Shown: positions 29,486 to 44,091, counted from the stretch's first letter. The stretch is 64,000 bases of DNA from Antedon mediterranea (GCF_964355755.1 NC_092675.1:25392912-25456911), one strand, 5' to 3'. Numbers and translations: made by a program. The notes: generated from the sequence alone by a model not told the origin.

Positions 29486-29519
29486 TGTACTGTATGCCTT
29501 AGTAGGCCTAGAACTCGTG

Positions 29520-29626
29520 TTGAACGAAAATAAAGTAGACACTGCATCGTCAACCAACAGCCTCCGTTTGCCAGTTAATTCCCCTACCAAATCCCGTTTC
29601 AAACAGCTAGGCAATAAAAGTAACAA
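29520..29626 (-). pseudogene. THAP-domain C-terminal remnant (Kolobok transposase N-terminus)
   Basis: SCLKRDLVGELTGKRRLLVDDAVSTLF matches the THAP 'AVPTIF' box context. Confidence 0.6.
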
Positions 29627-32148
29627 TAGATTAACAATAGCTGAAAGATTTACGAATTGGCTTGCAGAAGAAAAGATCGATCGAAGGTTTGTTTACCAAG
29701 CCAGCGCATGCTCATACCGTGTCATCGCCGTCCTGCATGACCGCATGTCGCGTTATTAGCCAATCATATTAGCGGATTCGCTTAGCCAATAGAAGCGCTG
29801 AATGCAACCGCGAATCTTAAAATTTTCGTCGGCCGTATCTGACGTCACAAACAGGCTGCCATGAGCACAAGATGGCGATTTTCAAATGTCTTGATAACAG
29901 CTTTAAAATCCTGTTTACTAGAAAACTACAAATCCGATTTAAACATAAATTGTGCTGAATATTAAGTTGGTAGGGTTACTTTTATAATAGTTAGGTAAGA
30001 TATTAGGGTGTTCCTTTCCTTTAAGCTGTTTGTTGCCGCAGAACTAATTACACATGTTCATAATTCAAGACGTCTTCAAATATGTTCACAAATGTAAAAA
30101 ATATGTTTCAAATTTACCTCTCGCTTTTCTATTAACAAAATACGTAAAACAAAACCGAATAATCTGGAAAATATAAGCTAAATTGATTTCATATTCTAAA
30201 AGTGTTGATGTAAATCTATAATACTAAATTAATTTACTGTCTAGCATATTATGAAAAAATGTTAGATATGCAATAGATTTAAAATCTAATCTTGACTATG
30301 CATAACTGCTTAACTTGCAATTTAAAATAATATTGACATATCAATAACATTTTAGCAATCATGAAATTTTAATTTTTATAAAATCGATGTAATGTCATTT
30401 TATTAAATGCTTTTGCATATTATGCATAAAAAGTAATGTTATTTTTAATTATTTAACACTGTACTATAACACTAATGTGAAAAGTAATATAATACTAAAC
30501 AAATTATTTTCTATAAATTACAGTATAACATAATACCATAGGATGTGTATATAGTGAGTTATAATATAAAATAATTTTACTATTACAATTATACTATTCA
30601 CTAAGACAATGTGTAGTACAGATTTCTAGTTTCAGTTTATTGAAATAACAAATTATACTATTTAAATACAATTTTAAGGGCTTTCAACTTTAGGTGTAGA
30701 AAATACTATTCCTGACATATAAAAGAAAAGTTAAATTTGAGATGAAACTTAACATTGGACTATTTAAAAGGTAAATATTAATCACATTAACTTGGCTTTT
30801 CTGTGAATATCTTGACATGTGATTCTACACAGCACTATCTAATATTGTCTGAGAAAGTAAAGATCTACTACAACAACTCTCCCATGGCCTCTGCTATAGG
30901 AAGTTTCTAAGTAACAGATAAGCACAATGATTAGTGGCTTGTAATTGGTCAAAAGATAGTAGAGATCCTGGTTGGTAGTTTATGTCACATGATTTCGCTT
31001 CACTTTTACAGTCTATTGCAAATTAAGTTGATAGTTGATACTTTAAATTTAACCTCATATGATCATGTGTAAGTTGTAATTTAATAAAAAATCAATGTAC
31101 CATTTTTTAACTGGTTAAGATATCTACTACATTCAGTTACTAAATATAACCTATAAGACTTATTTGTATAAGCTACATTTTTTCTGTGAGCAGGCCTTCT
31201 ATCATACCGAAATTGGTTTTATAGAAAGACTTTATATTTCAAAACTAAAAGCAACAGAATGAGTATAGATGCACTATAGAAATGTAACAATGGATATATT
31301 TTGGTACATGTATTTTTACAAGAAAAAAAAGGTGCAGTCCCATACCTTATCTCGCTTCTAAATGAATAATATTAATAATAATATTTAGAATATGTAAATA
31401 TCCTTGTAATTCAGTTTTGGCTGCGATGACGATATTTGAAATAAATGAAATGAAATGAAAAAAAAAGAAATGACAACTTATGATTGTGTAAACAAGATGG
31501 TGTCAATGATAACTTACTGTACATAGGTCACCATAACACAATCAGATATGCTGTAACAAAACAATGTAATCAACCAAGCAAACAGCGATACAATTTAGAA
31601 AATATAATGGGCTTCATGACATCACGCAAATCACACCCTAGAGTAATCACAAACGGGTTAATAGACGCGCACATTACCGTAGCCACTGTGAAATCAGAAA
31701 GCTGATACAAAAACACTCATTATAGTACAAATTGCAAAATTTCCATGATCGTGACCTGTTCTTAAGTACAACATTTCCATCCATTCCATATCGTTTGTAG
31801 ATACTAGGATACTCAAACATCTTTGGGGCATACAGTATAAGATAAAATAAATATAAATTACATTAAAAAACAGTTGGTAAAACTATTAAAACTATAAAGA
31901 CGGTGATATCAGGTTTAGCATTTGTCAAATTCAATCTGTCCACAATTTTAATTATTAAATGTTCAAAAAGAAAATGATGATAAAAGAGCATAGAGGAAGG
32001 TTAAGTCATACAGAAGTACAAGTGCTATCCCATGTGCTATTAAAATGTGACTTATTAATATTAGTCATGTAAAAGTTTGAATTTAGTACAAGTGACATAC
32101 CATGATTAAATGTTTTTATAGTCAGTTACGATTGACAGAGGTTGTTAT

Positions 32149-32325
32149 AAATGATGATGACGAATAACTCATTGTTCTTATTACTCAGCAAATTGATGTA
32201 GCATACGAATACGAAAGAACATATTCTTACAGGTAATGTTTCCGTTATGAATGATGATGACGAATAATCGCACTCATTGTTTTCTTGTTACTCAGCAAAT
32301 TGTTTACAATACTCTTACAGGTAGT
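32149..32325. repeat. Diverged ~100-bp tandem duplication
   Basis: AATGATGATGACGAATAA...CTCATTGTT...TTACTCAGCAAATTG...TCTTACAGGTA occurs twice. Confidence 0.75.
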
Positions 32326-34800
32326 AATAAATATTGTATAAGCATATTTTACTTGTATAAGTTAGAACAGATGCCTGCCATTTTTAAAAATCCCTTCTAC
32401 TTACTTTCCTCAATTGCTAATGAGTATAGCGCCATTGCAAACGGAAGACACTCTATACAAAATGTTATTTTGCAGATCCTAATGGATTCATTAATTTATC
32501 TGTGCACAGGGTATTGGGAACAGTTTGCTACAAAAACCAGACCTATATTTTGATAGTATACAGCTTGTCGAGTATTATGAAACGGTTTCATTATCTTTTA
32601 GGTTATCAATATTTCACTTTTAAAAGTCTGAATTATCTAATTAAGAACAAAATATAATAATAAATTAAAAGATGAAAAATAATTTAAGCTTTATAGAAAA
32701 TAAAATGCTTGATGTTCAAGATTTCAAACATGGATCCTTTTAAACATTAAGCAATAACTACTATACCTAGTCTAAAGGGAATAGAAAAGTTTCAATCTCA
32801 GTAAAATTTTTAATTTTCCAAAAAATGATTTGTTGCCTCTCTTACTATACCATTCCCAAGCACTTAGGCCTGTTTCTATAAGGCAATTAAAGAATTAAAA
32901 GTTTTAAAATAGTATTTTGAAAAAAAAAACACATCACAAAGAAGAACAAGTCTTATATCAGTTTTAAAAACTCCAAATCGATTCCCAAAGCCTCAATCGA
33001 CAGGTACGTAAACATTACATACTGTAATTTGTACTTATGATGTACTGTACCATGAAAAATCCAAATGATTTATTAATAATTAATCAGAGATAGATTATTC
33101 ATAAGCTTAAAATGGCATTTTCATTGATGCAAACCAGATTTAGAAACAATCAGACCTGCTGAAAATCATCCACTAAAGATTGTAAACCTACATAATAATC
33201 CATAGATTTAATTTAACTAAACTGATATTAACCCATGGTTTACATGTAGGCCTAGTATAATATACGCAGGGAGTGTTAATGTATTTCTGTACACATGGAA
33301 GAATTTCAATCATATTTCAATTTTGCCTTGACAGATTGCATAATCTTTCCTATAATTCATACTGTCTTGAAATGGAAAAATGAAATTGTTTTCTCAATGT
33401 ATACATTTTAAAATATTTGCAGATTTACATAATTTCTAAAAGCTGCAAATAAAAAAAATGGAACGTATTTAATTTGAAACAATATTCAAATATTATGGTA
33501 TATATAATAAGAACTTTTGATTTGATTTAAATTTATTTGGAAAATTATTATAAAAATACATACAAAGTGATGACATTAATGACTGAGATTACCGAGAAAT
33601 ACATTATAGAAGATTTTCCAGGATAACCCAAAACGTCTGTCTGTTGGCAGATTTGAACAAACCATTATCACAACAGCCATCTAACAATCCAATTAGCTGG
33701 TTCGCCTCCCAAAATCATCAACGACTAAGACATGCATTTAAATTAAAAATATGATTTGATATTCTTTAAAATCAGTTTGCCCATTATAAATTCAGATTGT
33801 ATTAAATTAACTTTCTGATGAATAACATTTACATGCGAGACAAGTTTCGCTTAATTAAAGCTTAATTAATCGATAAAACACTAGCAGTTAATACTTAAAA
33901 ACTTTATGATCAGCATGCTGCAGTAAAAATATTCAAATCACAGTAAATAGGAACTTGCCAGATACTATAAATCTTTTCACTTCCATAGCTTAGGGCATCC
34001 TTTTAGCTCAAGTCCATCCAAATTTATGTCATGGATATCAACATTGGTGCACACATAAAATTGATAATCCATTTTAAACTATCCATGTCATAACATATGA
34101 TCAATCTTGAATCACCCCCACCCCCAAAATCTATTAATTTAGTTATGTAAATACATGATACTTGACAAAAGCAGATAAAGGACTTATGTAGAGACACCAT
34201 GTCTTCTGACAAACGGTGATGGTAATTTTCTATCGTTAATCGTATAACACCTATACCTTGATTTCACTATTGGGAAGATATTTTTTTTTATATTTCTGAT
34301 TCAGTGCAAGTCTCTTAAACAATTCATCTCTGACAGTACAGACAAACTGAATATATTGGATCATCACTGTAACACCAGATTGTCGAAACTTTTGACAACT
34401 ATGGAAATCAACAGGATATTAAAACCACATTATTAGATGGATTTGGCAAGGTTATAGACAGAGCATTAAATATTTCTGAAAAGTATTAACTGATTAATAT
34501 TGGTGTATTGCATAGAATTGGTATGCTATTTATGCATTACCAACATAACCAGATCATTAGTTAAAGTCAAGTCAATCTGTAGAGGGCCATACTGTATATA
34601 AATTAATAAGCAAGACATTCTACTTGTTTCAGGTTGTCACATACTAATTAACAATTTGATTATAATAATTAAGACAGATTTTAAGCTATATGAGGTGTTG
34701 TACAGTATCGGTACTATTGTAGACAATCTCAAATACTAGTCCATTATCGCTGAGGGATGTTTTACTTTTATCTTCTTATATCATAGCTCATATTACACTT

Positions 34801-34846
34801 GAGGGCTATTGTTGATTTATCCAGGTAAGTAGGCATGTAATAGACT
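34801..34846 (+). repeat. Copy of an unclassified dispersed repeat (GAGGGCTATTGTCGGTTTATCCAGGTAAGCAGGCA family)
   Basis: Related copies at 37148-37193 (+), 44050-44091 (+) and 6355-6411 (-). Confidence 0.7.
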
Positions 34847-37147
34847 CTGAATACTATAGCATTTTTGCTTGTTTTATTTTTAAAAAATTACTTATTTGAA
34901 GATAAATCATCAAGCATGGAGGAATGAGCTTCCGCTCAATGACAATCCATTAGGAATTAGACTATTATTAGATCATTCCATACTGCATGCCATGGAAAAT
35001 CAAGATTATCCTCCTATAGATCAGAATTGCAGCTAGATAAGAATTGACTATTCATATAATGATATCATAGCAGTTGTTCATCATACTTATAATCTCAATT
35101 GCAAGACAAATTGTCGATAACATTTTCTAATGTCTATCATAATTTTATAGTTATATTTTCAAGGCTACATTTTATTTGGATATTTATATGCAGTAAATCT
35201 ATCATTAAACACCATTCTTTTTATAACATGAAGTTGAAGAGCTTTGATGTTATGTATTAGATTGGTAATAAAGTAAGTACTAAGCAATGTTAAGCAAAAG
35301 GTTTGGCAGAAAATTTTAAAATTTCATTTATCACAATCCAATAGCAAAATGGTCAAAATAGCAACTCCGTAGGCCGAATTTAGTTTCATTATAAATAGGC
35401 CACAAATAATTTAATCATTATTTCTAAGAAAAAAATCATAGGCCAAATTAAAAACATATGAACAGGAAAATACTGTAGTATTGTATGTTCATGGAAAGAA
35501 AAATGGGTCAGATTACTGTTGTCAATTTTCTTAAATTATTATGAAATTAAACATCATATCTTCATTATTCAAAGTTTAGCATAGATATAAATTAGTATGC
35601 CAAGCAAGCCTCCAAATGAAAAGTTGGAATCATGAACTAATATTATAACGTCTGATAAATTCAACCCAGTTTATATTTAATGCAATCACTTCCAATTGTA
35701 GACAAGAAATTAGAGCAAGTAATGTATATTAAAAATGGAACTGCGCCAGTTCCTCTTTAGCCACTTCTCAAGGGAATACAAAATCCAACCTACAAACGGA
35801 TATGGAAACAATCTGTGATGGAATAGTAACACTCGTTTATCTTCCCTGCCATTTCTAATGTGTATGATTAACATTTATTTTGACAATTCATGTTAAGCCA
35901 CAGAGATTGTTAATTTAAGTTCTAAGTAACATTGCAAATTATTGTGTGGTTGAAATCTTTAAAAGCATTGCACGGGGATTGGAAAAAGTGTAATACCTAC
36001 AACTAATGGTAAAGTGTGATGGTTTACATACTTGCTTCCATATCAGAGTAACTAGGTTTAGTTCTTATCCTAGTGTTACAGTTAAACATCATTGTCTTCT
36101 ACCATGAAAATTACACTAACCAAGTAGCATTGGTAGCTATGAGTGCCTTTTACCTGAACAAACCTATGCTCTCCAGAACTTGATAAGTCAAGTTACTAGA
36201 AAACCCCTCAACTATAATGGACCAGTCCGCAACTATGCCATCATTATGTGAACGTGCCACCGTCATCATTTTGCTTCCAAGCGGTAAAGCAGTATCGTTT
36301 GGTAGTTTCAAACTTGTTGGTTGAACACCTTTGAGTATGTTCACATGTGTTTTAATCTGTAGATTACCTTAATGATGTATTATCCCCCTGAAAAATAATT
36401 CTTAATCGAAAAAAAATGTATTTACCTGAAAAAACTGTAATTTGAAGCAAAAAATTGTTTTTGGTTAAATTTAACCATTTATTTTGTCATTTTATAAGTG
36501 ATAACATTATTTTGTTATTATTATTATTTTCGTTTTTTTTTCTATGATTAACTTGATTAAAATTACAAAATAACATATTCAAAGTCTCATTTAATTAATC
36601 TTCATTTTTCATGTTTTTTGGGGACAATACATCTTTCAGCCACACCAGCCTATTCATTCATGGCTCTAATACACTTAATATTTGATTTAAGAGTCAGACT
36701 TTTAATTGATATTTAATATTGTGATGTAAATATCCAACTTCACTGTCTCTCCTAACTTTCTTGCACTTGATCTTTCTTGTCATACAAACAGTTTCCTTCT
36801 TTTTTACCAAATGTTCATAAAATAAATAGTCTCTGTTTTGCTGTTTTATCATACACCTTTTCCTATTTCATCCTACCAAACAATTTATCAATGTTGCATT
36901 CAATACAGATTAACAACCCATTTACAGTTAGTTTAAACAGAAGTCTACACGTTATAATATAAAATAAATACCTTTTACACCTTTATAATGTGATGAATGA
37001 CAAACAATAATGGCTGTTTAACTTTATGCTACGGTGGTACGAAAACAATTATGAGGCTACTAGGTGCGTGGTTCGCAGACAGTGCCATTATCCAATAGGG
37101 GTGCTTTATTTTCTTCTTTTCATTATTGTTCCCTCTTTTTGGAAATA

Positions 37148-37193
37148 GAGGGCTATTGTCGGTTTATCCAGGTTAGCAGGCACGATATAGACT
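37148..37193 (+). repeat. Copy of the same unclassified dispersed repeat
   Basis: GAGGGCTATTGTCGGTTTATCCAGGTTAGCAGGCACGATATAGACT. Upstream similarity to the 34741-34800 region (CCATTATC...). Confidence 0.7.
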
Positions 37194-37397
37194 GTAATAG
37201 TTGATCTTAAAAAACACGGCCTGATTTATATTTTTCACACAATAACCAATGAATTCATATATAAATATGTAATTTAAAATTTCATTCAAGATCTTGAACT
37301 AAAAGGTGTGTCCTTGGATGCATCATCGCATTAAAAATGCCTATCTGGTTTTACAATGAGGAAATAACTATCAAGGTGAGTAAAGTCCTCAATTTTG

Positions 37398-37415
37398 TTG
37401 GCAGCAGAAACAGGG
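37398..37415. mobile_element. Solo Harbinger TIR fragment
   Basis: TTGGCAGCAGAAACAGGG is identical to the right end of the element at 12601-12618. Confidence 0.45.
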
Positions 37416-40400
37416 AACACATTTTAAAAACCACTTAAATTGAATTTCCAAAATAGAAACACCTACAGTAATATTGCTATTTATTGCTATGAAAGTATTA
37501 GCAGCACATAGGTAAAAATTAATGTTTAATTGACATTGGAAGTAAAAGGTTAAGAACTTCTTTTGACCAATGACCACACACAGTATTATATCTATTATAA
37601 TCATGCTCAAAATAAACCTAACTTTCTTGGCATTAAGCAGCAACACACATAGGTGGATCCAATTGGACTAACCCAGGCACTACATACTAATCTTTTTTAA
37701 AGGTATTAATGAAAAAATAATTATAACGACTATAATACAATACTAATGGCAATCTGCAATTCTCATATGAAAACATATTTTTAAATGTCAAAATTTTCAT
37801 GCATGTATAAATGATTTAACACACCTTGCAACATATGTGTAGTAGGGCCTTGTATGATTTCATATTTGTAAAATATGTACGGCATTCTTCATTTTACAGG
37901 CTCATACAATTACCAGTATGTAATGGCAAGTCAACAAATTAATTTGTACAGATTGTTATACTAAAATTATTAATAACTTGCATACTCCAAGTAATAAATC
38001 ATAATTTATAATTTCATAATAACCTCGTGATTGATTTCCCTTCGGGGGCACATTCCTTTCAGCACATTTTTGGAAGAAAAATCATTGCACTGAAACACAG
38101 AAATGTTGGAAAAAAATATACTTATCAACAATTAAGCATTGCGTGGGAGGGTTTTTAGCTTTTAGTCACTTGTTCATGCATTTAAGAAAACCTACGCACT
38201 CCAGAATTTATCATCATCTGCATTATTAAATCATACACCATCCCACCACAAAATGAAAATTGAATATTGCATAGCTTCAATTTGCATTTCCTCCACCCAC
38301 TAAGGGCCCGACTAAGGGACATATTTTCTCACTACACATGGACATGGTTCATTCACTGGGGCACTAATGGTTGTATAGGCACTTTACAACTGAATTACTA
38401 TGTGACTAGGTTCAGATTTTCACCTATATCTGTATAAGAGGGAGTGAGATGCAAAATTGGAGAATTAGTGATATCTCAATCTCATATATAAATTCCAAAA
38501 TGTTTGCAATTTTGCTAAATATAGCTTCATTAAGAGTTTAAATAAAATTGGACAAAATTAAGATTTTCCAGTATGTAATGTTTTAAACTTCAAAATGTTG
38601 AAAATGGAAAGGAAATGAAAATTTGAAATTCAATTTACATTTGGATTAAATAAATTTCACTCACTAAGTAGGCCTATATCTGACGGTCAGTTGAAAGCAG
38701 TGTTCACTTTGTTTGTGATGTGATAAACATTCTGTGTCTGAATTATGACTGTTTAACAGTTTAAAGATCATCAGGGAATGATAACCTGAACATTTAAAGA
38801 AGATACAAAAACATATCCAAGACATATGATATTTATGTTTTAAAAGCTGTGTTCACACTTCCAGGCAAGCAAAGATTATGACAAGGGTGATAATTTTTCC
38901 AACAAAACAGGAACAAATTATCATGAGCTAGCCTAGTTACCATGTCCTTTCACTGCTGATCTCTAGTCTGAAAAGGGCCGCTTTCTGGCTACGGGCTTGC
39001 TAGGATGCTAGTGGCAGTGAACATAACAATTATAATTATGGAAATGCATATTGTAAAATGATGAAAGACTCAAATTTTTAATTTGAAATCAAAAATGTTG
39101 ATATAACACGATCGACGATATCATAAGAAACAGACTTATTAAACCAAAATAAGACATGACAGAAGTTACCTAATTTCTAACAGAGATTCTTTCGACACAA
39201 AAAATCAATGGAAAATTAAACATTTAAATTGCATCATGCTATAATAAATTATTAATAATAATAGTACTATAATAATAATAATGTCTGTAAAAACATAATA
39301 ATTATATTATATTTCTAACATTCAATGAAGACTTTAATTGTACTTTGCAATATCTCTAACTTATAGGTCATGTTTAAACCTATACACACAACACGCAAGA
39401 ATATGTAGAACTACTACTGAATTGAATTATTTCCTTAATGCACATTTGCAAACACATGTGTGAAACATTGCTTTGAAGGTGTGACATTAGCTGGTGAAAT
39501 TGGGTCATCATCAGTAATTTATCAGCATTTGAAGAACACTAGGATTGCTGTCTGTCATACCAACAAACCAATGTTTTTATGATTATCGACGCACAATTAC
39601 ATACTTCCTAAATGTTGTGTTTGTAAATTTTTAGAAAAGAGATAATTTAGAATCAAGGTAAAGTTAATTAATAAGCAATTAAATATATTAGATCCATTAT
39701 GGGAACTTTAATTAGCATAAATGTAACTGTTAAAGCATTAATTACAAAAATAGGTTTTAAAACCTCCTTTGCAAACACAATTTGGATTGAATCCTCATAT
39801 TCAACATAAGCGTTTACGCAGGATTAATGCAATCATTCTGTTTACTTAACCACATACACTTTCCTAACATACAATTAGCAAAAGAGTAATTCTGCTGATT
39901 TGCCTTTAATGGATGATAGAAAGTACATCAATCATAAATCATGGTGGGAAGAAATGACAAAATTTGAGCCTAGCCAAGCCGCAATGGATGAAGGAAGGAT
40001 GTGCAGTGTACACACAGACTATAGTCACGGTGTCTTGGATTAGGTTCAATCAATGGTGCTGATATATATCATATGATGACAGTCTAACGATGATTATGAT
40101 AGGTGACCACAAAAATTACTAGCGCATCAAAATAAGTGCTGACTCTAATGAACTATCAATTCAATATCTTAAGTTTTTTAATTTAAGAAGTATCTTCCAA
40201 ATTTGGGGGATGTACAATTTTCAAACAAAAGGTGAACCTATTAAATAGCAATAGGTAACAGATAGAGGAATAATCATGAATAACAATAAGTAGTATAACA
40301 TTTATTTTATTCTGATCTTATAAAGCGTTAACAGTAACTATAAAAGGTGCATTAATAAATTGTTGAATATTGATTTCAATGAAATAACATAAAAAGTAAT

Positions 40401-43400
40401 AATAATTCATAATAAGCCTCATTCAACAAAGTTTAGAAGGTCCTACATCACACAATGTTCCTAACCTTATTTTGTAAACGCTTTCCGCTTTTCTTATTTT
40501 CTCACTTGTTTAAATATAGGACAATAAGTAAGGCAATTAACTCTTCTTACACTCAGCCTTGTGAAAATAAAGTCACGTCACGTTGAGAGGTAAGCCCAGA
40601 GGATCAAAGAAGCATAATTTGTCTCCTAGAGTAATCAGACATGTTACTGACCAATATATCGGAATAAATGGATGAGCAAATACTATCAAATTGTTGAGTG
40701 AATAATAGATTAGGATTAGTTTTCTTTCCTGCAATATTAACGGTCGTAAAACTTGGGTTGAGGACTTTAAGGGAAAAATTGCTCAGCTGCAAATTGGGGC
40801 ACATTCTAAAAATGATGGATTTTAAAGCAAGTAGTACTTTGTGTGCATGTACAAAAACGGGCATCCAATATAAACATAAAATATGTAAGTATAAAGGCAT
40901 TATTCGCTAAACATAAACTTTTTTTATGTCTTTTCAAAATGAATTACTATATTAATCAGGTTGAGCAACAAAATTTGAATATTTATGCTATAAATAAATA
41001 GTAATGAATATTGGACACACAAAACTACAAATCATTTTTTTTTTCAAATATGCATTCATTTACAACATTATACACTAGGTAAAATGCTGTAGTTTAAAGG
41101 TAAAACATAAAAAAAACAATTTAGTTTTTATTATGAAGAATGAAAATAAAACTAACAGATAAACACAACACTTCAATAACTTTATCTTGACTCAACAAAT
41201 AAAGTATGAGGTGCTGAATCTTAAATAAAAAACTGATTATAATCTTTTGACGTCATTTTGTACTTAAAACACAACCTATTTGAGAGTTAAGACGTCAATT
41301 GACTAAGCAAACCTGTCAATAATTTCATAATGTGAAATAAGAAAGTCAAATATTCATTGAATAGTAAACAGTAGAATAATTATACATAACTTCTTAATAT
41401 ACAAATAGAAAGTGAATAGTGGCCTACAATGATCATCATTCACTTTATTCTAAGGTTAATTTTTAATTTTTTTTTTTTAAATACAGATGAAGAAACAACT
41501 TTAAACTTATATAATTCACATGTCTTCCTATTTCCTATTCTTTAATTTTTGTAAATGCTTGCCATAAACAAACTCTACTTAATAATAATAAACAAACTTC
41601 CCATAGGATTAAATCCACCCAACATTGGACCACTGAGGTTTTTCAGGTTAAAACAGATACGAAGAAACAACTTGAAACTTATATAAGAGTACATTTTCAT
41701 TAAACTTTTAAAAACTATATAAATGTTCAAAATATTGCTAATTCTAAAATATTTTTGATTTCTTTCACTTTATTGTACGTTCCTTCTTAGATTCTTATCC
41801 TTTTGACAACATTTAATCATCTAAATGAGTGTATAATTGTGAAACATAATGGACTGTACATTCAAATCATCAGTTAGTAAAAAAATAAGCTTTTAAGTAC
41901 GTCAGGAAAAAGGAATTTTTCACAGTGCTAATTGAAAGATACTTAAAATGTAGGCAATTTGTAATGTTCATAGAATCCTTTAGAAAGACACTGAGTTTTA
42001 GTGAGCAAAGCCTACAGTTATTATGATTAATAATGAAGACAGGTGGAAGATTAGTAGAGAATTAGACTTTTATGAAAATGAATTAATTAAAGCACTTTAC
42101 CATACTCAACCTAGATATGCAAAAGGGTCATAACGACTTTATCCAAGAGTTTTCTCTGTGTATCTTCAGGAAAAAATTCAACCAGATATCAATGGAATGC
42201 TACAGTGCCGTTCCAACACATGGATTAAGAAATACAGTTATGAAATGATCAAAAAAGGTTGTAGACCTAGGTTGAGAAAATAATAAATAAAATCAGAGAC
42301 AACATGCATGGAAAACATTTGATGTGATCTTTTTAATCATCAAATGTGCAAATTAGATACGAACTCTACATGGAAATAATTTGATATACAACTGAATTCA
42401 CTGCTATACTAGACAAACTGCTAACCAGCTAGCACTCTTTAAATTTATGGCCTATTCGAATCCTAATGGGTAATCTATAAACAGAATTTTCAAAAGTACT
42501 GTAAACATGCCAATGTTTTGTTTATTTACATCAAATAATGGTAGTGGTACACAGCAACATGAAACATGTCACATTGCCAAGAGTATTGTTTATATGTTAT
42601 GTTGACCTACATTGACATTACTACACATGTTCTTAAAACCCGTTCTTTGTTTAGCAATGCTATGTGATAGGGTGACTTCAATAAACCATCTATTCTAGCT
42701 TTAATTGCAGTGCAGTGCAGTCAAGAAAAAAACTAACAATGTTTTTTAGAAATGGTATAATAGGGGTGACTATAGTAAGGCTCTATATCTGACAAAACCA
42801 ACTATAACCAAGTTTTGACCACCAGTGACTACAGTTTTATAGTTTTCCCACTCCAAAGTATGATGTAATGAAAACAACATTTTTTTATGTACCGGATAAT
42901 AGGCATCATTATCAGCTTTCTCAAATGTAAAATTCACCCATGGGTATAATCGGAATAAAAATGGGCATAAATCACATTAAAAAGATATAATCATGTATGA
43001 CAAATAAGCTGACCTTTAATGATAACATCTATTACTGTAGTTCACACATGGTGAAAAATAAATGTTGCCATTCTGACTGAATAAGGAGATAAGTTGATAT
43101 AAAGTTGTTTACATGAGTATTGTGGGTGGGAGCGGAAGGATGTGCTGGTTTGGAGGTTGCGGAATTCACACATCGTTGACTTTAAATTTTAAATATATAA
43201 TATCTAATTACTGTAAATAAAAATACAAACATGCCACATACACATTTCTTTGTGCCCTCTACATTACATTGAGACTATTTTTTTTTGTTTTTTGTTCCAA
43301 TGTACCACCATCATCATTTCTTTCGTAACTAAAGACGTTACAACATACAAAGATTAACGTGATACGTTGTATTCAGTTGAATAGAAGTTCAAATACACAC

Positions 43401-43450
43401 ATAAAGCAAAGCTTACTGTAATACTGTATACGTTCTACTTAAGTTTAAGT

Positions 43451-44091
43451 GTGCATGCCCATGTTGTGTCATCACTAGAGAAAAACAGACATGGTTTTGA
43501 TCCGTTTAAAATCGGACCACCACCACCACCACAGTCTGAATGCATGCAATGCAAGGGCCAGTGTGCGATGATTAAATGAGATCGTCATCCCTGGTGTGTA
43601 TATTGCCGCAACTGTAGCCAGGAGTTACTGTGTGATGTTTGTGTACATTCGACGGCTTCAATTTTCCGAGACCATCGTGGTGTGCAAGGGTGGTAGGCTG
43701 AAGAGGAGTCCCCGGCCATGCCAGAAGCTAATGAGTTGGTGATTCTGGACGCGTCTGCACATGCTGCTGCGCCTCTGAGTAGAATATGCAGGACAGTGGT
43801 GTGTCCCCGGCCATGCTGGAGGAAATCACAGCAGTGGTTCTAGCTCTTTGAAGGAAGAACAGTACCATCGCTGGAGGCCGATGGATATGATAGCGATAAG
43901 ACTGACCTCGTTAGTGAGCGAGCACCTATCGGAGGCACAAGGGGATGCAGATTCATGGAGTCGATGCCTGTTGCAGACTAGTCCACTGTAGTCCAGGAGT
44001 ATCCTAGAAACTTTTTGTATTTAAGCCCCCTCCCCCTTCTGTAGAGCACGGGTTATTGTCGGTTTATCCAGGTAAGCAGCACTTATAGATT
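43451..44091 (+). pseudogene. GC-rich relic encoding a disrupted B-box-like zinc finger, ending in the dispersed-repeat motif
   Basis: Manual translation ...GPPPPPQSECMQCKGQCAMIK*DRHPWCVYCRNCSQELLCDVCVHSTASIFRDH. GC content is clearly above the flanks. It terminates with the 44050-44091 repeat copy. Confidence 0.45.

Larger units (their letters stand above)
29018..30020. mobile_element. Kolobok-like non-autonomous DNA transposon (internal deletion derivative)
   Basis: Perfect 16-bp TIRs AGGAAAGGAACACCCT / AGGGTGTTCCTTTCCT flanked by TTAA (29014-29017, 30021-30024). Purine-starting termini with TTAA fit Kolobok rather than piggyBac (CCC). CpG-rich interior with THAP-like and KolX-like relics. 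Confidence 0.85.

Noticed and set aside
29400-29759. 119-aa plus-strand ORF as a gene
   Set aside because: It lies inside the Kolobok-like element. The meaningful relics are in other frames or on the other strand.
36150-36344. Possible minus-strand coding exon
   Set aside because: No recognisable domain or partner exons. The donor-like end may belong to the dispersed repeat family.
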